A stretch of DNA of 64,000 bases, taken from NCBI GenBank assembly GCA_029261815.1, contig JAJDAQ010000054.1, positions 155-64,154 of the forward strand. The letters run 5' to 3'. The DNA is from Deltaproteobacteria bacterium (lineage in GTDB: Bacteria > Myxococcota_A > UBA9160 > UBA6930). Positions 61,205 to 64,000 of the stretch are shown piece by piece. The notes under the pieces are model-generated. The model was not told the origin of the DNA and searched no databases. It saw only the letters and a program-made list of their open reading frames with translations. The position numbers were made by a program, and so were the translations under genes. The number at the start of each line of letters is the position of its first letter. The first letter of the stretch is position 1.

Positions 61205-62842
61205 ATGTCATCTGGACGTCCCTACGCCGCGATGGTGCGCCGCGCCGCTTTGGCGACTCTCCTGTCAGGGTTTCTCCTAGGGGTCTGGGCTTGCGCGCAG
61301 TCTCCGCCGACGTCGAACGCCGTGCCGGTGACCGGCGAACCTGCCCCGGCCGCCGGAGAAGCGCCGGCCCTCCTGTCGCCTGCGGCCACCGAGATCCTTC
61401 TGGCGACACGGAGCGTCGCGAGTTTCGACCCGAACGGGTGGTACCGGATCTCTCCGTATTGGCCGGGCGAGAACTACTCCCTCGATGTCATCGGCCAAGG
61501 AAATCACACCAACTGGCTCAAGTTGGGCGACACGGGCAACTACTCCGGCCAGGCGTGGCAGATCACGCCGATCGGCGACGGCTACCACCGCCTGACCACC
61601 GAGTACGGGGGACCCGGTCTCTCGGCGGACATCCTCAACGACGGTGCCGGCAACCAGCCCTTCCTGTCCGCGACAGGCGAGTACTCGGGACAGCAATGGT
61701 GGATCGCGCCGCTCGGCGAGGGCTACTACCGCCTGACAACGGCGTGGCAGGGCCCCGGTCGTTCCCTCGACGTTGTGAATGACGGAATGAATCGAAAGGT
61801 GACCTTGGCCGACACCGGAGATTTCACCGGCCAGTACTGGCGCATCACGCCATGGGAGGCGGGCCCCGGCTTCTGTGAATGGCGCACCTCGGACATCATC
61901 GATCCGCGCATCTCGATCGGCGCGCAGACGAGCCTCATGCGAAAGATGGCCGACGGCCCGCCGACGAGCCTGTCGGCGTCCGCCATGATCGGTGCGATCA
62001 AGCGCGGCCACCTCGCCGGGATCCTGCTCCCCCCGACACAAGCGGTTTCCGACCGCGGCGCGCGGATGCAACCGCCTCGAGGCCACTGGGACCTGATCCC
62101 GGCGGGCCAGAACTCGATCTGCCTGCAGGAGCCCGCCGGCGAGTCGCCCATGATCGTCTACCGCACGGAGTTGGAACCGTGGGCCATCGATGCAGCGCTC
62201 GACGACGCCTGGGCCCAATGCGGGCTCCAGACGCCGAACCCTCCCTGTGACTACGTCGTCGACCGTCACCGACCGCCGCCCGGAACCCCCGACCTGCCCG
62301 CACTGGATGCCGCGCTCGTGGTCCAGGTGTTGATTGGCGGCGCCGGCGCCGATGGTGCCGAGGTCGCCATCCACGTGGAGGGGACGGACTTCCAGGCCAC
62401 GCAGACCACATCGGGTGGAGGGTTCGCGTTCTTCGATCCGCCTCCCGGCGTGGGAATCGTCGCCGTGCTGCCGCCGACCGCGGCGCACAAGATGGCGACC
62501 CGGAATCGTCAGATCGACCCGGGGATGACCAACGTGCTGACGATCGAGTTGGAGCCCCAGGACCAGCCGACTCCGCAACCGACGCCCGGACCCGTGTGCG
62601 ACGAAGACCGCTGGCACGAATCGTTCAACGCATGCGGCGAGCAGGTCATCTACGGCGCGGGCGGCTGCATCCTGCAGGCATGGGAGGACTTCGCGAAATG
62701 CCGCACGAGCCCCAAGTCCTGTCTACTCGGCAAGTTCTGGGATTGCCGGCGAGAACTCGAGCACAAGAAGAAGATCCAGCAGTGCGTCGACAAGGCAAAC
62801 GCCGAGTCCGGCTGCTCGTTCGCGGGGGCGCCGGCCGGGTGA
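61205..62842 (+). CDS. lipoprotein with ricin-B-like beta-trefoil lectin domain and C-terminal carboxypeptidase-regulatory-like domain
   Basis: ORF 61178..62842(+). The start is ATG 61205, after AAGGAGA. The lipobox is LLGVWAC. Has three QxW-type repeats (SGQAWQITPIGDGYHRLTT, SGQQWWIAPLGEGYYRLTT, TGQYWRITPW). A later beta-sandwich-like segment reads EVAIHVEGTDFQATQTTSGGGFAFFD. Confidence 0.7.
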   Translation: MSSGRPYAAMVRRAALATLLSGFLLGVWACAQSPPTSNAVPVTGEPAPAAGEAPALLSPAATEILLATRSVASFDPNGWYRISPYWPGENYSLDVIGQGNHTNWLKLGDTGNYSGQAWQITPIGDGYHRLTTEYGGPGLSADILNDGAGNQPFLSATGEYSGQQWWIAPLGEGYYRLTTAWQGPGRSLDVVNDGMNRKVTLADTGDFTGQYWRITPWEAGPGFCEWRTSDIIDPRISIGAQTSLMRKMADGPPTSLSASAMIGAIKRGHLAGILLPPTQAVSDRGARMQPPRGHWDLIPAGQNSICLQEPAGESPMIVYRTELEPWAIDAALDDAWAQCGLQTPNPPCDYVVDRHRPPPGTPDLPALDAALVVQVLIGGAGADGAEVAIHVEGTDFQATQTTSGGGFAFFDPPPGVGIVAVLPPTAAHKMATRNRQIDPGMTNVLTIELEPQDQPTPQPTPGPVCDEDRWHESFNACGEQVIYGAGGCILQAWEDFAKCRTSPKSCLLGKFWDCRRELEHKKKIQQCVDKANAESGCSFAGAPAG

Positions 62843-62906
62843 CCGGACGCAGGAGTCGCTGACGTCCGCCTGCATCGGATGGAGCGAAAGAGCCTCCGGA
62901 CCGCGA

Positions 62907-63272
62907 CTAGCAGTTCGGAGGTTCGTAGGCCCCAGGCTGCGCGACCGATGGGCGGGCCGGCATATGGAGTTCGGGACGATCGCCGGGTGAAGGCAACGAT
63001 GGATCGAGCAGGAACTGGTCCATCGCCGCGCGCCACACTTGCAACTCCGCCTCGTGGGCCACATTCATCGCGCAGACCAGGTAGTAGTAGGCGTCCCACT
63101 GGGCAACTGCGACCGCGTAGGCTTGGTTCCGCGCTTCTCGCGCCTCCCATTCATCGTCCGTCATGTCCTCGAAGGGCACGCTGATCGATTCGTCATCTTC
63201 GGAAGTCGCCGGCGCGGCGAGTCCGATCGAGAGCAAGAGGACCGGGGCGACGATTCGGATCCAGGGGCGCAT
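62907..63272 (-). CDS. small secreted hypothetical protein
   Basis: ORF 62907..63272(-), with GAGGAGAA upstream. The signal peptide is WIRIVAPVLLLSIGLAAPA. Confidence 0.55.
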   Translation of the reverse strand: MRPWIRIVAPVLLLSIGLAAPATSEDDESISVPFEDMTDDEWEAREARNQAYAVAVAQWDAYYYLVCAMNVAHEAELQVWRAAMDQFLLDPSLPSPGDRPELHMPARPSVAQPGAYEPPNC

Positions 63273-63328
63273 GGCACTTCTCCTCGGTTGCTGGCCGAAA
63301 CTCTAGACCGGGCAGGCGGCCGCCGCGA

Positions 63329-63991
63329 TCAATCGTCATAGGGGTGATTGGTTCCGAACTCCGGCGGATCGGGCGTTCCTCTCCCCGAGATCGCGGCCAG
63401 CACGAGCGAGATCCAGTGCCACGCCAGCGAGAACACGAGCGCCATGGGCGCCTCCCATGGTCCCTCATGTTTGCGCCGCCCGCTCAGCAGCCGGCGCAAC
63501 TCCGTCGCTAGTTCGAGGGGATAGACGACCGCAACATGGAGCACGAGCAGCGCCGGCCCGACCCGCGAGACGAAGGCTTCCATCGGGCTCTCGGGCGCTT
63601 CGACCCGTGACTGATCGCCCGGTAGCTCGTTCCACCAGGGAAACGGAAAGATCGGCTCGCCGCCGGCACCGCTCGCATCGCTGGCGAGCGCGAAGCCAGC
63701 GGCCGCGACCAGGAACACCGCGGTCCACCACCGGGCCAGGGGTTGAAGCAACCGGAGCAGGAGCCCCGCGCAGGCGATCACAAGGATCAGGACCGGGACC
63801 GTCGCGCCCACCGATGCCTGGCGCGGATCCAAGCCCAGCGCCGCGAGGCCGGCGACCAGCGCAGCAAGCAGCCCCCCCGCGCTAAGTGCGAAACCCACCA
63901 CACAGAGCGCGGCAACGCCCGGACGCGGAACCCGTCTGACCGCAAAGCGGAGAGCCAATGTGGCCCCGAGCAGAAGGCCAATCGAGACCAC
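63329..63991 (-). CDS. polytopic membrane protein, unknown family (N-terminus may lie beyond the window)
   Basis: ORF 63329..63991(-). Has at least five hydrophobic helices. The frame may continue upstream past position 64000. Confidence 0.5.
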   Translation of the reverse strand: MVSIGLLLGATLALRFAVRRVPRPGVAALCVVGFALSAGGLLAALVAGLAALGLDPRQASVGATVPVLILVIACAGLLLRLLQPLARWWTAVFLVAAAGFALASDASGAGGEPIFPFPWWNELPGDQSRVEAPESPMEAFVSRVGPALLVLHVAVVYPLELATELRRLLSGRRKHEGPWEAPMALVFSLAWHWISLVLAAISGRGTPDPPEFGTNHPYDD

Positions 63992-64000
63992 AAGCGGCCA

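Noticed and set aside
17000-63300. The whole exported-protein region considered as a mobile genomic island.
   Set aside because: I could find no integrase, transposase, tRNA gene, flanking direct repeats or phage/conjugation genes. No obvious GC shift is visible by eye apart from the short intergenic region at 46994-47237.

Overview
This is a high-GC window from a diderm (Gram-negative-type) bacterium. The diderm call rests on TPS/FhaC, OmpA, Lnt-like, AsmA/YdbH-like and PEP-CTERM genes. The phylum cannot be assigned from the sequence alone. I saw no rRNA, tRNA, CRISPR array, transposase or integrase. About 52 features are supported. Many long ORFs in the track are antisense shadows of real genes, as expected at this GC content. 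Positions 1-16.9 kb are ordinary metabolism: DUF1214, sulfotransferase, two SDRs, a Zn-ADH, an acyl-CoA-dehydrogenase-like gene, an amidohydrolase, an LLM oxidoreductase, DUF3604 and a methyltransferase. The exception there is an iodothyronine-deiodinase-like gene at 14384-15073 (-). The ORF track splits it at an in-frame TGA that sits exactly in the FGSxT-U-PPF motif, so it is a probable selenoprotein. Positions 17-63 kb are almost entirely exported or envelope proteins and hold the main candidate system. A tightly coupled minus-strand operon of about 17 kb (34856 to 17520) starts with a YdbH-like AsmA-family gene and ends with a fused YnbE-YdbL-like lipoprotein, a second lipoprotein and a secreted caspase-like C14 peptidase. 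Six paralogous secreted proteins of unrecognised family are inserted between the YdbH-like gene and the YnbE-YdbL-like gene. A seventh paralog (43766-46993) carries a coiled-coil and a Pro/Thr tandem-repeat insertion. It is co-transcribed with a Cys-rich secreted protein and an Lnt-like acyltransferase. Two flanking plus-strand operons add two more exported caspase-like peptidases. One is caspase/DUF4384, lipoprotein, DUF4384 membrane protein, output-less CHASE2 and FecR-like. The other is amidase, M35-like protease, OmpA/DUF4384, TpsB, TpsA and WD40-caspase. All family names come from motif recognition by eye, not from searches.
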